32,185 nt of DNA from Thecamonas trahens ATCC 50062 (GCF_000142905.1 NW_013657639.1:122429-154613), one strand, 5' to 3'; shown: positions 1 to 11,303, counted from the first letter of the stretch. Made by a program: numbers and translations. The notes: generated from the letters alone by a model not told the origin.

Positions 1-108
1 TTCCCCCCCCTCCCCCACCTCCCCCCATTCCCCATTCCCCCCATTCCCCCCCCCACTGCACCCCCACCCCACCCCACCCCACCTACCCTACCCCACGCCC
101 TCCCACCA

Positions 109-1071
109 ATGTCAGTGCCTGCAAAAGACGTGGGTATCACGTACGGAGACCCCGAGGCCGACGTGGTCATCACGGCCTTCCTCGACATCCTCTGCCCCTT
201 CTCCAAGAAGGCCTTCAACACCCTCGCGGCCGTCGTCGCCGCAAACGGCCGCCTCGCCCTCCGCCTCTACATCACCCCGCAGCCGTGGCACCCGCAGGGC
301 ACACTCGTCAACCAGGCCGTCGTCCTCGCCTTTGCCCTCCTCCCGCACCGCACTGCCCATGCCATCCTCACTGGCATCTGGGACGTCCGCGAGTCGTTCC
401 GCGACGAGGACCTGCCGCAGGGCTGGACCCGGGAGACGCTGGTCGACATGATCATGGCTGCTGCCGTCAAGGCCGTCCCGACCATGGCCGGGCCTCCTGC
501 AGACGCCTTCCGTGCTCGCCTGCTCTCCTTTGACTATGACGTGTCCGGCATGAAGGAGCTCAAGTTCCACATCAAGCTCGCGCGCTTCAACGCCATCCAC
601 GTCACCCCGACTTTCCAGATCAACGGCATCCGCCACGACGGCGCCTCCTCCTCCTGGTCGGCCGACGAGTGGTCCAACCTTGTCGATCCGCTCCTCGCCG
701 CCGCAGATGCCGCCGCCGCCGCAAAGGCTGAGTTCACTGCCCTCCTCTCTTCGGGCTCGGACGAGGCCGCGGCGTCGACCGCCTCGGCTGCCACGGCCAC
801 TGCCGCAGCCTCAAGCCCCTCGGCCAACTCGGCCCTCGAAGCTCTTTACCACCGCTACGACCAGGACGGCGACGGCTTTCTGCAGCTCCCGGAGCTGACC
901 TCCATGCTCAAGGACGTCCTGCCCAACCTCGACGACGACACCGCCGCCCGCGTCGCCCGCGGCGTCTATTCCAAATGCAACAAGGTTGCCGGCGACAACC
1001 TGCCAAAGCAGGCGTGCCTCGACATGCTCGACCTCCTCACTCAGTTTGGCACCGCCCCGTTTCTCTCCTGA
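109..1071 (+). CDS. DsbA/thioredoxin-fold protein (CxxS) fused to a C-terminal EF-hand region
   Basis: YGDPEADVVITAFLDILCPFS (Thioredoxin_4-like start, CPFS), PQPWHP, cis-Pro motif VTPTFQING; Ala/Ser linker; EF loop DQDGDGFLQLPE. Confidence 0.8.
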   Translation: MSVPAKDVGITYGDPEADVVITAFLDILCPFSKKAFNTLAAVVAANGRLALRLYITPQPWHPQGTLVNQAVVLAFALLPHRTAHAILTGIWDVRESFRDEDLPQGWTRETLVDMIMAAAVKAVPTMAGPPADAFRARLLSFDYDVSGMKELKFHIKLARFNAIHVTPTFQINGIRHDGASSSWSADEWSNLVDPLLAAADAAAAAKAEFTALLSSGSDEAAASTASAATATAAASSPSANSALEALYHRYDQDGDGFLQLPELTSMLKDVLPNLDDDTAARVARGVYSKCNKVAGDNLPKQACLDMLDLLTQFGTAPFLS

Positions 1072-1143
1072 GCCCCCTCCGCACTCGTCATCCTCGACTG
1101 CCTTTACGGCTGCATAAAAAGTCTTCAGCCACAGCTGCGCCTC

Positions 1144-1660
1144 CTACGCCTTGGCATGCCGCGATCGCACAAAGTCCGATGCCTCGAGGTTGTTGAGCAT
1201 GTTGGCGAGATCCGACATCGACGGCCGGCTGCCCGCGTCGTCGAGCCAGCACGCCTCGATCACATCGCGCAGCTGCGCGGATGGCACGTTGGTCTCGCTA
1301 AGGTGCGGCCGGAAGCCCGACGAGATGCGGTAGCCGACCTCGAGCGCGTTTGAGCCTGAGAACGCAGGCTTGCCCGCCACCAGCTCGTACAGCATGGTAC
1401 CGACCACAAACACGTCGCCGCGGACATTCGTCACGTCGCCGTGCAGCGCCTCGGGCGACATGTACGCCACCGACGGCACCATGGTCATTGTCCCCATGTT
1501 GGCCTTGATCCCATCCATCCCAAAGTCGATGACATGCACCTCCCCAAGCATGCCCTTGACAGCCGAGAGGCCGATGTTGGATGGCCGCAACGAGCCGTGT
1601 GCAACGTGGGTCTTGGTGGGCTGTTTCATACGAGTCGCTAACGCTAGCAGCCGGCTGGGC
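1144..1660 (-). pseudogene. Protein kinase C-lobe fragment (TKL-like pseudokinase or pseudogene), no recognisable N-lobe
   Basis: HGSLRPSN in place of HRDLKxxN, IDFG, YMSPE, DVFVVGTMLYEL, CW..RPSM; upstream part of the ORF (to 1884) has no GxGxxG or VAIK. Confidence 0.6.
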
Positions 1661-2227
1661 GAAGCGAAGCGGCTGACACCTTTCTTCGCTACGAGCTCCG
1701 ATGGCGTCGACACAGTCGGCTCCGACGGAGCGGGAACCCACCTGCCCACCCTTTCTGATGACGATGCGCGACGACGATGACGGGGGCGCCCAATTCTCAC
1801 CTTGATATCGTGTGTACGCGCGCCATCGAAACGGCGCTCACGTACACGCGGTTGACCGTGCCAAATGGCACGATGTGCTGGCAAAGACGGTCAGCACAGT
1901 AAATGCGAGGAATCTCCCAAGCCGTCAAGCCGGCGGAGCGACGACCGCTCGGCCGGCAACCGAGAGTGTTTGTCATCGCTACCACGTCTCCATCTGCTCA
2001 GAGTCGGAATAGGCATCCACACGTGCAAGAGCATCGTTTTCGAAGATGGTTCCGAATTCTAGTCATTGGCGTTTGACTATCCAAAGAATGTCAAAGTGGT
2101 TGCTCTATCTGGTTTGGCTATGTATGTAACTGACATCGTTCCGTACAGTGGCTTCGAGACCCGGACCCGGCCGCCACCTGACTCAAGCCCCACCCGGCCG
2201 TGCCCGCAGGCCCTGAGTCGGTCCACC

Positions 2228-3084
2228 ATGTCCCGCACCACCACTACCGCCACCGCCGCCACTACCACGACGATCTTCTGCTGCTCCTCCGTCGTCGTCG
2301 TCGTTGTTGCCGTCCTCGCCACCGCTGCCTCGGCCTCGCTCTGCCCGCTCACCGCCCAGCTCCCTGCTTCTGCGGCGGCGACCAGTCTCTCCAGCTGTCG
2401 GATTTACGCCGATCGCGAGGTGTGCTGCCCAGAGGGCTCGGCGTCTGCTGCTGCGCGCGATGCTGCCATCGGTGATGCGGTGGTCGAGTACGGCGACGGG
2501 GGTGCGGCGCGGCACTAGCCTCGCTCATCTGCGCTCTTCACTGCGCGCCGGAGGCTGCTGTTGGCCTTGCTGACGATGCCGACGGCCGCGCCCGCATCCA
2601 TCTCTGCGCTGCCTCGTGCACTGCCGTCCATGCCGCCTGCGCATCGGTGCTAGACGATGAAGCGCTCGCTGAGAGCCCCATCGCCTTTTGTGCCCGGCTC
2701 GCTGCCGACCTGCTTGTCGCCCCGGACGCGTCTGGGGCCGCCGCTGCCGTCTTTGACGGAGTTGGCTCCGACACGCCGTGCTTTGCGGTCTTCCCGACGC
2801 CGCTCCCGTTGCGCGCGGCGTCGAGCGATACCGCGTTGTGGCGCGCGCGTGGCGCCGTCGTGGGCACTGCGCTTGCCGGCTTTGTCGCCATTGCGGCGTA
2901 CGCGTGGTGCGGACTCCCGTTTGCCCGCCCGCAGCCGTATGCGCTTGTCGACGACTCGGTCTTTGCCCTGGGCTCGGCCTCGTCGTCGCTTGACGGCACC
3001 GAGCTGCAGGACCTCATTGTCTCGCCCTCGCCGAGGAGCAGCTCGCCGTCGTCATCGGCGTCTGTGGCGTCAGCAGGACTGTAG
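2228..3084 (+). CDS. Type I membrane protein with Cys-rich folate receptor/NPC1-NTD/HHIP-like domain; frameshift at G5 2498-2502
   Basis: Signal-like VVVVVVAVLATAASA; LCP..SCRIY..VCC; one added G gives DGGCGAALASLICALHCAPE..IHLCAASCTAVHAAC..FC..PCF; TM AVVGTALAGFVAIAAYAW; cytosolic YALV. Confidence 0.6.
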
Positions 3085-3098
3085 TGCAGTTTAGTGTC

Positions 3099-5341
3099 TC
3101 ACAGGCCAAGCTCCTTCATCAACACCTTGCGGTACTCGGGGAAACCACCTTCGAATCGCTCGACCTTGCCGCCCTCGCACATCCAGAGCTCGTTGCAGAC
3201 GCTCTCGATGAGGCGCGGGTCGTGGGTGACGACGATGACGGCGCCGGTAAAGGCGTTGAGTGCGTCGATGAGGGCGGTGATGGTCTCGATGTCGAGGTGG
3301 TTGGTCGGCTCGTCAAGAAGAAGCAGATGCGGCGAGGTCCACGCCACGTCAGCAAAGACCACGCGTGCCTTCTGGCCTCCCGAGAGCGTGCCCATGACCT
3401 GGGTAGCCAGTTCGCCGGAGAGGCCGAAGCGGCCGAGGTAGCCACGCAGCTCCTTGCGCTCGACCTCGGGGTGCAGAACCTTAAAGTACTCGAGCGGCGA
3501 AAGGCTGAGGTCAAGGGCGTCGACAAAGTGCTGCTCAAACATGGCGATGCGGAGCTTGTTTGGCTTGATGATGTAGCCCTCGGTCGGCGGCTCGGCACCG
3601 GAACAGAGCTTGAGGAACGTCGACTTTCCGGCGCCGTTGGGGCCGACGAGCGTCACCCGGGTGTCCATCGACACAATGACCTCGATGTTGTCAAAGATGA
3701 GCCGCTTGGCCGCGTGCTGCGTCACCGCGCCCGACGCGCCGGCCTCGTCCTCCACACGCTCGCCACGCTCAAGGCCGTAGCCAAATGAGACGCCCTGAAA
3801 GTGCAGCAGCGCCGCGTCGAGCGGCTCCGGGTCGTAGAACGTGAGTTTGGCCTCGGCCTCGGTCTCAGGCGCCTCCAGCCGCTCGATCTTGTCCAGCTTC
3901 TTCAGCCGCGACTGCGCCATCTTGGAGCCCTTTGCCTTGAAGCGGAACTTGGTCACAAACTTCTCCATGTGCTCGATTTCCGCCTGCTGCTTGCGGTACT
4001 CGCGCTCGTGGACAAGCCGCTTCTCGCGGGCTGCGTCCACAAACGCCGAGTAGTTGCCCTTGTAGTACTCGAGCTTGCCCGAGGCCTGGTGCACAATGTC
4101 GGTACAGACGGCGTCGAGGAACGACGAGTGATGCGAGACAACCACAAGCGTTGTCGGCCACTCGCGGAGAAACTCTTCGAGCCAAATGCACGCGTGCAGG
4201 TCGAGGTGGTTTGTCGGCTCGTCTAGAATAAGGAGGTCTGGCGGGTGGAAGAGCGCCCGCGCAATGGCAATCCGCATCCGCCACCCTCCGGAGAACGCCG
4301 ATGTCGGCCGCGACTGCATCTCGGTTGAGAACTGGAGGCCGTGCAAAATCCGCGCCGCACGCGCCGGGGCAGACTCGGCCTCAATCTCGATGAGCGCGTT
4401 CTCCACCCCCGCAAGCTCTGCGTCATCTGTCCCGTCACTGGCAAGCATCGCCGCCCGCGTCGCAAGCAGCTCGGCCCGCCGCGTGTCAGCCTCCAGCACC
4501 GCCTCCACCGCCGTCGTCTCCGAACCCTCCACCTCCTGCGCCACGTACAGCTTTGTCATCGACGACGGGAGCGGCAGGTCGCCATTGGCGATATGCCGCA
4601 GGAGCGTCGACTTTCCCACCCCATTCTGCCCGATCAGCCCGTACCGCCGGCCAAACGCCAGCCGCAGTGTCGCATCCTTCAGCAGCACCTTGCCGCCGTA
4701 CGCCATCTGGAAGCCTTCGATGTTGATGTCACGCGAGGCCTGCTCGCGCTCGCTCAGCTTGCCGCGCCCGGCAAGCACCACATGTGACGCAAGCAGACCC
4801 TCAGCCTCGGCTGCCTCGCGCGCCGCCTGCTCGGCCTTGGCCGCCGCCGCAGCCTTCTCGGCCGCACGTGCCGCCTTGGCCGCCAGCTTGGCCTCGGCCT
4901 TGACCACGGCGTCGCGATTCGCGCGCTCCCGCTCGACCGCCGCCTTGTTCACCGCCGTCGTCGACAAAGCCAGCGCCTCTGCCGAGCCCTCCACCATGAC
5001 GTTGCCCTTGGTCAGCACATCCTCGTCGAGCTCCGAGACGACCACCGCCGAGTCGAGCTTGGTCAGTCCGCCGGCGTGGTCATGGCCAGCGTCGCCGTTG
5101 CCGGCCTCGCCACCCGCTCCGGCCACCAGAGCACGGCACACACTCCGCCGCAGCACCTCCTCGTCGTCGTCCTCAAACGCCCACCCAGCTGCTCCAGGAA
5201 GGGAGCGAGCATGTCGAAGAGGGCGTCGCTGTCGCCGCCGGCCTCGCCCGACTCGAGCACTTCGGCCATGTACTCTACCATGTCCTCGTCCACCTCGTCG
5301 AGCTCCACATACTTTCCCAGCTCGCGGCTAAGGATGTCCAT
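3099..5341 (-). CDS. ABCF3: ABC-F family ATPase (GCN20/ABCF3-like); frameshift near 5180-5186
   Basis: Two NBDs (GQNGVGKS/FSGGWRMR/ILDEPTNHLD and GPNGAGKS/LSGGQKAR/LLDEPTNHLD), AQSRLKKL linker, no TM; GCN20-like N-terminus (VDEDMVEYMAEVL..LAPFL) in the adjacent frame. Confidence 0.88.
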
Positions 5342-5350
5342 GTCTGGCTT

Positions 5351-5381
5351 GTGTGGTGTGGTGTGGTGTGGTGTGGTGTGG
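5351..5381. repeat. (GTGTG)n microsatellite upstream of the ABCF start
   Basis: About 6 units visible. Confidence 0.85.
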
Positions 5382-5479
5382 GCGTGGGGTGTGGTTGGCT
5401 CTGGTCCAAAGGGGGAGGGAGGGCAGGGCGAGGTGTGATGGATGGTGGTCGGTTTGGGGCCTCACCAAGAGGAATTCAT

Positions 5480-8400
5480 TCAGCCGAGGATGCGGGCCAT
5501 GGTCCGCTCCATGTCGCCGTTGCATTCGGCGAGGATGCGCGCGTTGGCCTCGTCGTTGTGGTAGCCCATGGCCCGGAGCTGCTGGAGCTGGGTGTGGTAG
5601 AGGACGTGCGGCGGTGGCTCCCACACGTTCTGCCGGGTGTTGTGATCGACGTAGTACGGCGTGCCGCGGTCGGTGTGCCGCAGCTCCCACCCGTGCGGGA
5701 GGCCTGGCGAGGTCGGGAGGGAGGCCGGGATTGATGCCGGCGGGGTGTGAATCGCAGCTGGAGGTGTCGCCGGCGGGCCGCCGTAGCCGGCCGAGGCATG
5801 GCCGCCAACGCTGGGCGGCGTTGTCGGCGGGCCGCCGTAGCTGGCGGGCGCCGGCGGGCCACCGTAGCCAGCGACCGTCGGCGGGCCACCATAGCCGGCC
5901 GGCGACGAGGAAAAGGAAGGCGCAGGGGCAGCTGGCGGGCCGCCGGGGTGGTGGCGTCGAGCGACGGCATGCGCAGCGCGTGTCCGGGCATCGGTGCGTA
6001 CTTGCCGGGATACACGCCGCGCGACGCAAAGTAGGCCAGCATTTGCTCGGGCAGGTTCTCCAGCACCGAGCCAGCCAGCTCCTCGAGGCACATGGCGTTG
6101 AACGGCACAAACTGGACAATGTCGCGGACTGCAACCTGCCCACGCGAGTTGATCAGCGGCGAGTCGTCGGCATCGAGCATGGTCATCTGTGAAAAGTCTT
6201 CGTCGCCGATGCCCACGATAATGACCGAGAGCGGGAGCGTCGACGCCAGCACAAGCGCGTCGATGGTCTCCTGCAGCAGCTCCGTCCCGCCCACTCCGCC
6301 GGTGATGCACCCATCGGTGAGAAGAAGGAGCACGTAGTAGTCGTCCGGCGACATGTCCTGCGCCGCCATGGCGTACTGGATGGCGCGGTTGAGCAGCGGC
6401 GCAAACGCCGTCGGGGCGGAGAGCTCCACGTTGTGCAGCGCCGCCCGGTACGTCTCGAACACGCCCTCAAAGCCCGAACACTCGGGCTGCGTGTTCGAAC
6501 CGTTGAGCGGGAAGCAGTGCGAGACCTCTTGCGCGCCGGGGGCACGCCGCCAAAACCAAACACAGGCATGGCGTCCACCTTGCAGTAGTCGGTCAGCACT
6601 GAGCCAATGGCCTGGATGGCCTGCATGTACTGGTTCGGCGGCGCGCCGGGAGCAACATGGTGCAGCGATCGGTTAGAGTGAAAGTCGCCGTTCGAGACCG
6701 TAAAGTCGATGCCCACCATGAGATGCAGCGTTGTCGACGACGAGATGTACGAGATGAACGAGTACGGGTTCGAGTACGGAATGTAATCCATCCGGTCCGG
6801 CTCGTCCGGAAGCTCGTCAAAGATAAACGGCGGGTAGTTGTTGACCTCGTTTGCAGCCTCGTTGACGTGGAAGCCCTTGGGGCCGTCCGGCCCGGCGTTG
6901 GCGGCAGCAATCGCGCCCGGCACGTGCGCCCCGCGCGTCTCGCCGCCATATCCCGTCGACGCAGACGCCCAAGCACCCGACGACGCCAGATCGTCGGACA
7001 AGGCAGGCTCCGACCCGCGCGGTGTCCAGGCCGTCGGCGTCGCAGCGCCTGACGGCATCGGCGAGCGATGCGGCGTGAGGTTGCCAGACGAGCCACCATG
7101 CGAGAGCCCAAGCGGCGGCAGCGTGCCTATACAATGCGACAAAGGGAAGGGTGAGTGGAGTGGAGGGTGAGTGGGAGGAGGGGGGGGGGGGGGAGAAGGA
7201 GGGTGGGAAGGCGGAAGATCTAGAAGACAGTTGGGCCGGACAGGGGTAGTAGACCTGCACAGCATGGAAGAGCCTCCATGGAAATCTAGCAAACAGTTGG
7301 GCCACAGGAGAGTGATAACTCCTGCAGTATGGAAGAGTCTGCATGGGGAACAGCAAAGTGGGAGAAAACATACCTCGGTTCCGTTGCAGCACACTCGGCG
7401 TCGACGGCGCAGCAGCAGCAGCAGGATCGGGAAGGTCCGGGAGGTCGCGGGCCGGGGCGTGGTCGTTGATGACGTCGCGGATGATGGACATCCACTCGGT
7501 AACCTCGGCATCCGACGAGGTCTTAAAGGTGAAGACCGGAGCTGACGGGGTTGAGACAATGAACTCGTCGTGCTTCTTGCCGCGGGCAATCATAGCGCCT
7601 GGGAGATGGATGGAGATCTTGGGCAGCTCGGTCTCCTTGGCCTTCTTACGGTAGACCAAGACGTCTTTGCCGACGGCGCACACAATGCGCCACTTGCCCT
7701 GAACCTTGAGCAGGCCGGTCCGGTGCGCGTACTGCTTCATGTTGACCAGCGAGCGCGAGGCCGCCGCAAACGGCTGACTCTGTGAGAGTGACCGCGGCCG
7801 GGTGACCGCCGGCGCAGCTGGGGGAGCCGGCTCGGGAGCCGGCTCGGGAGCCGGCTCGGGCGTCGGCTCCGGCTGCTCCACCACAACCGCTGGCGGCGCC
7901 TTGGTAAACGCAACAAGCCCGGTCAAGTATGCGTCCTCCAGCGCCTTGTGCTCCGGATCCGTGTCCGCCGGCGCCTCGGCAGGATTGGTCCACGTGGAGA
8001 TGCCCGTTGCCCGATTGTAAAAGTACCACTCGTTGTACTGCTCGTTCCACTCGACGCGCCACGGCGGAGTGACCTGCGGCGGGCGGCTGCGGTCCGACGG
8101 CTGGCGGACCGGGGCAGCGGCAGCGGCAGCGGCAGCGGTAGCGCCACCTACCTGCAAATCACCGTCTTCCGAGTCCGAGTCCGACTCGACGTCCGACCCC
8201 GAGTCCGAACCAAACGGATTCGCGGCGGCTGGTGCCGGTGCCGGCGCGGGCTCCGGCTCCGAGTCGGATCCCTCCGAGTCAGTCTCTGAGTCGGAGCCAA
8301 ATGGGTTGGCGACCGGGGCAGCGGCTGGCAGCGGCTCGGGCTCGATGACATCCGCGGCGGCGACTGCCTGAGCAAACGGGTCGTCGGCCTCAAAGCCCTT

Positions 8401-9201
8401 GACGTCGCCCATGACGGCACCGTTGCCGACAAGGTCAACATTCGGGTCCTCCTCGTCGCCAAGAATCTGGGTCCCGTCGGCGCCTGCTGCCTCCTGGCGG
8501 TCCTCCTCAGACGGCACGTAGTTGGCACAGCCGACAAACTCGGCCGCCAGTGTCGGCGGAACCTTGCGCGGCGGGAGCATTTGCTCTGACGCGCGCAGAA
8601 GCATAAACCCGGGGTTCTGCTTGTGAACCGAGACGTGGACAATCATCTTGGAGAGCGAGTCGGACGCCCGCACAATCTCCGACAGCCGCGCATCGACAGT
8701 GCCCAGCTTCATCCGCCGCACGCCTTGTCCGACCCACACCGCGAACCTCAGGTGCTGGATGGCCGCAAACTTGTAAACAATGGTGAATGTTGTGGCAAAC
8801 TTCACTGTGCCCTTCTTCTCGGCCTTGGCAATGGTTTCGGTGTGGCCCATCGAGTGCCACTCGTCCGAATGCCGTCCAAACGTCGAGTACATGGCGCTCA
8901 CAGCAATGTGGTGCAGCTTGCCCGCGTAGAAGCCCTCAAACCTGTTGTCGAGACAGAGACAGAGATCGACAGAATATGTAGTGAGTGAGTCTGCGAACAA
9001 TAAATTCTTCCTCCCCCCCCCCCTCCCCCCGCCCCCGTCCGTCCCCCTCTTTGCATCACCTCCCCCATTCCGGATCGTGACGTAGCTGACCGTCAAAAAA
9101 TGCAGCCTTCCGAGAAGACCGACCTGTCCCCCCCCCCCCCCTCCCCCCCCTCCCCTCCCCCTTTCCCAAACCACCTACCTGCATTCTGTAGACACCCGCA
9201 T
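5480..9201 (-). CDS. Copine-family multidomain protein: C2, acidic NPF region, WW, PH, VWA, Gly/Pro repeats, WW, UBA. Two introns, two frameshifts (about 6538-6542 and 5945-5948); the 5' end may lie in the gap
   Basis: C2 (MGHTETI..KFATTFTIVYKFAAIQHLRFAVW); WW (PPWRVEW..YFYNRATGISTWTNP); PH (RTGLLKVQ..FTFKTSSDAEVTEWMSII); copine VWA (GIDFTVSNG..SLHH, FGFGG, SHCFPLN, LLLTDG, PLSVIIVGIGDEDF, RDIVQFVPF); WW (LPHGWE..YYVDHNTRQNVWEPP); UBA (QLQQLRAMGY..GDMERTMARIL). Confidence 0.85.
7127..7373 (-). other. GT-AG spliceosomal intron of the copine gene (247 nt, phase 1)
   Basis: Donor GAG|GTATGT, C-rich tract, acceptor TATAG|GC; splicing joins ..LQRNR-G-TLPPLG.. across two ORF frames. Confidence 0.8.
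8942..9178 (-). other. Probable GT-AG intron of the copine gene (237 nt, phase 2)
   Basis: Donor CAG|GTAGGT, pyrimidine tract ending AACAG|G; gives MRVSTEC-R-FEGFY at the C2 start. Confidence 0.55.
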
Positions 9202-9220
9202 ATATGATTCCCTGCCACAG

Positions 9221-9320
9221 NNNNNNNNNNNNNNNNNNNNNNNNNNNNNNNNNNNNNNNNNNNNNNNNNNNNNNNNNNNNNNNNNNNNNNNNNNNNNNNN
9301 NNNNNNNNNNNNNNNNNNNN
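9221..9320. other. Assembly gap
   Basis: N run. Confidence 1.
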
Positions 9321-9569
9321 GGAACATGTTGGCCCTGTCTACCTGTCTACCTGGCCTCTGCTCAGTACACAGGTCGACAAGTGTTGCACACCACTACTCG
9401 TCCCCCCCCCCCCCTTTTCCCCGCAACCCACCCTGACGGCCGCCTCTTCCGCCTTGGCGATCACCCCTCCGATCACGATCGAGCACGATCATGGCGACCT
9501 GACCCACCTTCCCTCTCACCCCCCCCACCCACCACCATCCATCCCAACCTTATCACCACTCATCGCAGC

Positions 9570-10580
9570 ATGGCTTCGTGCGTGCAGAACGTGGTAGTCC
9601 GGGCGGCGTTGACGGCGTCAGGCGCACTGGTCCCGGGCTCGCCGCTCCTCACCTCAGTGGCCAGCATGTCGGCCAAGGAGTTTGTCCAGGCGGCGGCGGA
9701 CGGGGCGTACACCACAGCACGGACGGCTGAGGGACGGACGGCGCTGTTCCAGGCTGAGTTTCATGCCAGTCGGCTGGCTGACTCGATGAACGCACTTGTC
9801 CGCAATCATGCCGGTGCGACGCCGTCTGCTCTTCCGGCTTCCATCTACGTTGCTGACGACGACGCCTTTGCTGAGGATGACGTGATGGACATGCTGCTCG
9901 CGCTCTGCGCTGCTGGCCGCGACGCCATGATGGACGGCCGCGATGCCGGCTGTGGTGCCGCCACAGGCGAAGAGGTGCCCACCCGTGGCGAGCTCAAGGT
10001 AGTCGTCTGTCTACCGTCAGCTGAGCGGGTTGCCCATGCACACTTTTCGTCCATGCCGCCTGTTCCGTCACCGCCGGTCGTGGTCGAGCTCCGTCCGCAG
10101 GGTGACGTTGCCGCGCACTCGGTCGAGGCCAAGAGCACGGCCTGGGTGCACGATCGGGTGGTGTTTGAGAACGCCATGGCGGCCGACGCCAACGAGGTCA
10201 TCTGCTACGCCGCTGATGGTGCTGCCGTCGAGGGACTCTCATCAAACGTGTTTGTTGTCACCGCTGACGGCGATATCCTCACTGCTCCGGACTCGGCGGT
10301 GCTCAAGGGCTCCATGCGGGCCCTCATTCTCGACCTTGCGGACGAAGAGGGCATTCCGATTGTCTACGGTGCGCCCAACGTGGCCGACGCCGCCACATGG
10401 CGCGGCATGCTGATCTCTTCCACATCGCGCTGCGCACTCCCTGTCGACCAGCTGTGGGTATTTGACGATCTCTCGTCCTCAGCCTCGGCCACCTACACCT
10501 GGTCGCCGCTTGATCCGACGCTTACTACGCTCCAGAATGCCGTCAACGCCCACATCGCCACCCATTCGATGCCGTTCTAG
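9570..10580 (+). CDS. Class IV PLP-dependent aminotransferase (BCAT/D-amino-acid transaminase/ADC-lyase fold)
   Basis: GAYTTART, FHASRLADS, candidate catalytic Lys in EAKST, EGLSSNVF, VLKGSMR, SSTSR; ATG 9570 follows a C-rich leader. Confidence 0.8.
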   Translation: MASCVQNVVVRAALTASGALVPGSPLLTSVASMSAKEFVQAAADGAYTTARTAEGRTALFQAEFHASRLADSMNALVRNHAGATPSALPASIYVADDDAFAEDDVMDMLLALCAAGRDAMMDGRDAGCGAATGEEVPTRGELKVVVCLPSAERVAHAHFSSMPPVPSPPVVVELRPQGDVAAHSVEAKSTAWVHDRVVFENAMAADANEVICYAADGAAVEGLSSNVFVVTADGDILTAPDSAVLKGSMRALILDLADEEGIPIVYGAPNVADAATWRGMLISSTSRCALPVDQLWVFDDLSSSASATYTWSPLDPTLTTLQNAVNAHIATHSMPF

Positions 10581-10883
10581 CGCCACCCCTGTCTTCTCAC
10601 AGCAGCTCCACCGAGTGAACCGTCATCTCGCCACGGCAGCAGCAGCACTATCGAGTTCGATCCCTCCCCTCCCCCCCCCCCCCCCCCCCCCCCTCCCCTG
10701 CCGCCCATCATAGAGTCAGATCGTCCCCGCCAGCCCGTTCGCAATCAACAACCATCGGCCACGACAGCACCGCCAACCATCGAGTCAGATCGGGACACCG
10801 ACCTACACCCCCCCCCACCTCCACCCACCCCCACCCACCCCCACTCCGACTACCACCACCTTCCTCTCACTGCAAGACACAAC

Positions 10884-11303
10884 ATGTTCCACTTTGTCAT
10901 GTACTTGTTCACGCTCGTGGCCGGCGGGCACGGCCTGCTCTGCCTCTTCGACACGGCCAACGTGGCCGAGTCGGCCCTTGGCGCCGGTGCCGCCCTCCCC
11001 GAGTCGCTCGAGGCCCTGCTCCTGCTCCATGGCGTGGCTGCGCTCGGCCTTGCCGCCTTTGCCTTTGCCGCCTCCAATGTGACCAACCTCTACTCGCAGC
11101 GGGAAATCCTCAAGGTTGTCCTCATCATCAACCTTGCGGTTGCTGCCGTCCTCGCCGTCGTCCACACTCGCTTCCCGGCCGTCGTCACCCAGTGCGCTAC
11201 CCTGGTCGCCGCCGTCCCGGCCGCCGCCTTTGTCCTCGTCTCGGCTGCCCTCATTCGCTCAAAGTCCGCCAGCATTGCCGCACTGGAGGCCAAAATCGAG
11301 TAG
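10884..11303 (+). CDS. Small multi-pass membrane protein of unknown function (about 4 TM)
   Basis: 139 aa with four hydrophobic segments, host-like codon usage, C-rich upstream tract. Confidence 0.65.
   Translation: MFHFVMYLFTLVAGGHGLLCLFDTANVAESALGAGAALPESLEALLLLHGVAALGLAAFAFAASNVTNLYSQREILKVVLIINLAVAAVLAVVHTRFPAVVTQCATLVAAVPAAAFVLVSAALIRSKSASIAALEAKIE

Noticed and set aside
2516-2518. TAG readthrough or an alternative genetic code
   Set aside because: The continuation is in a different frame, and TAG, TGA and TAA all end other genes normally
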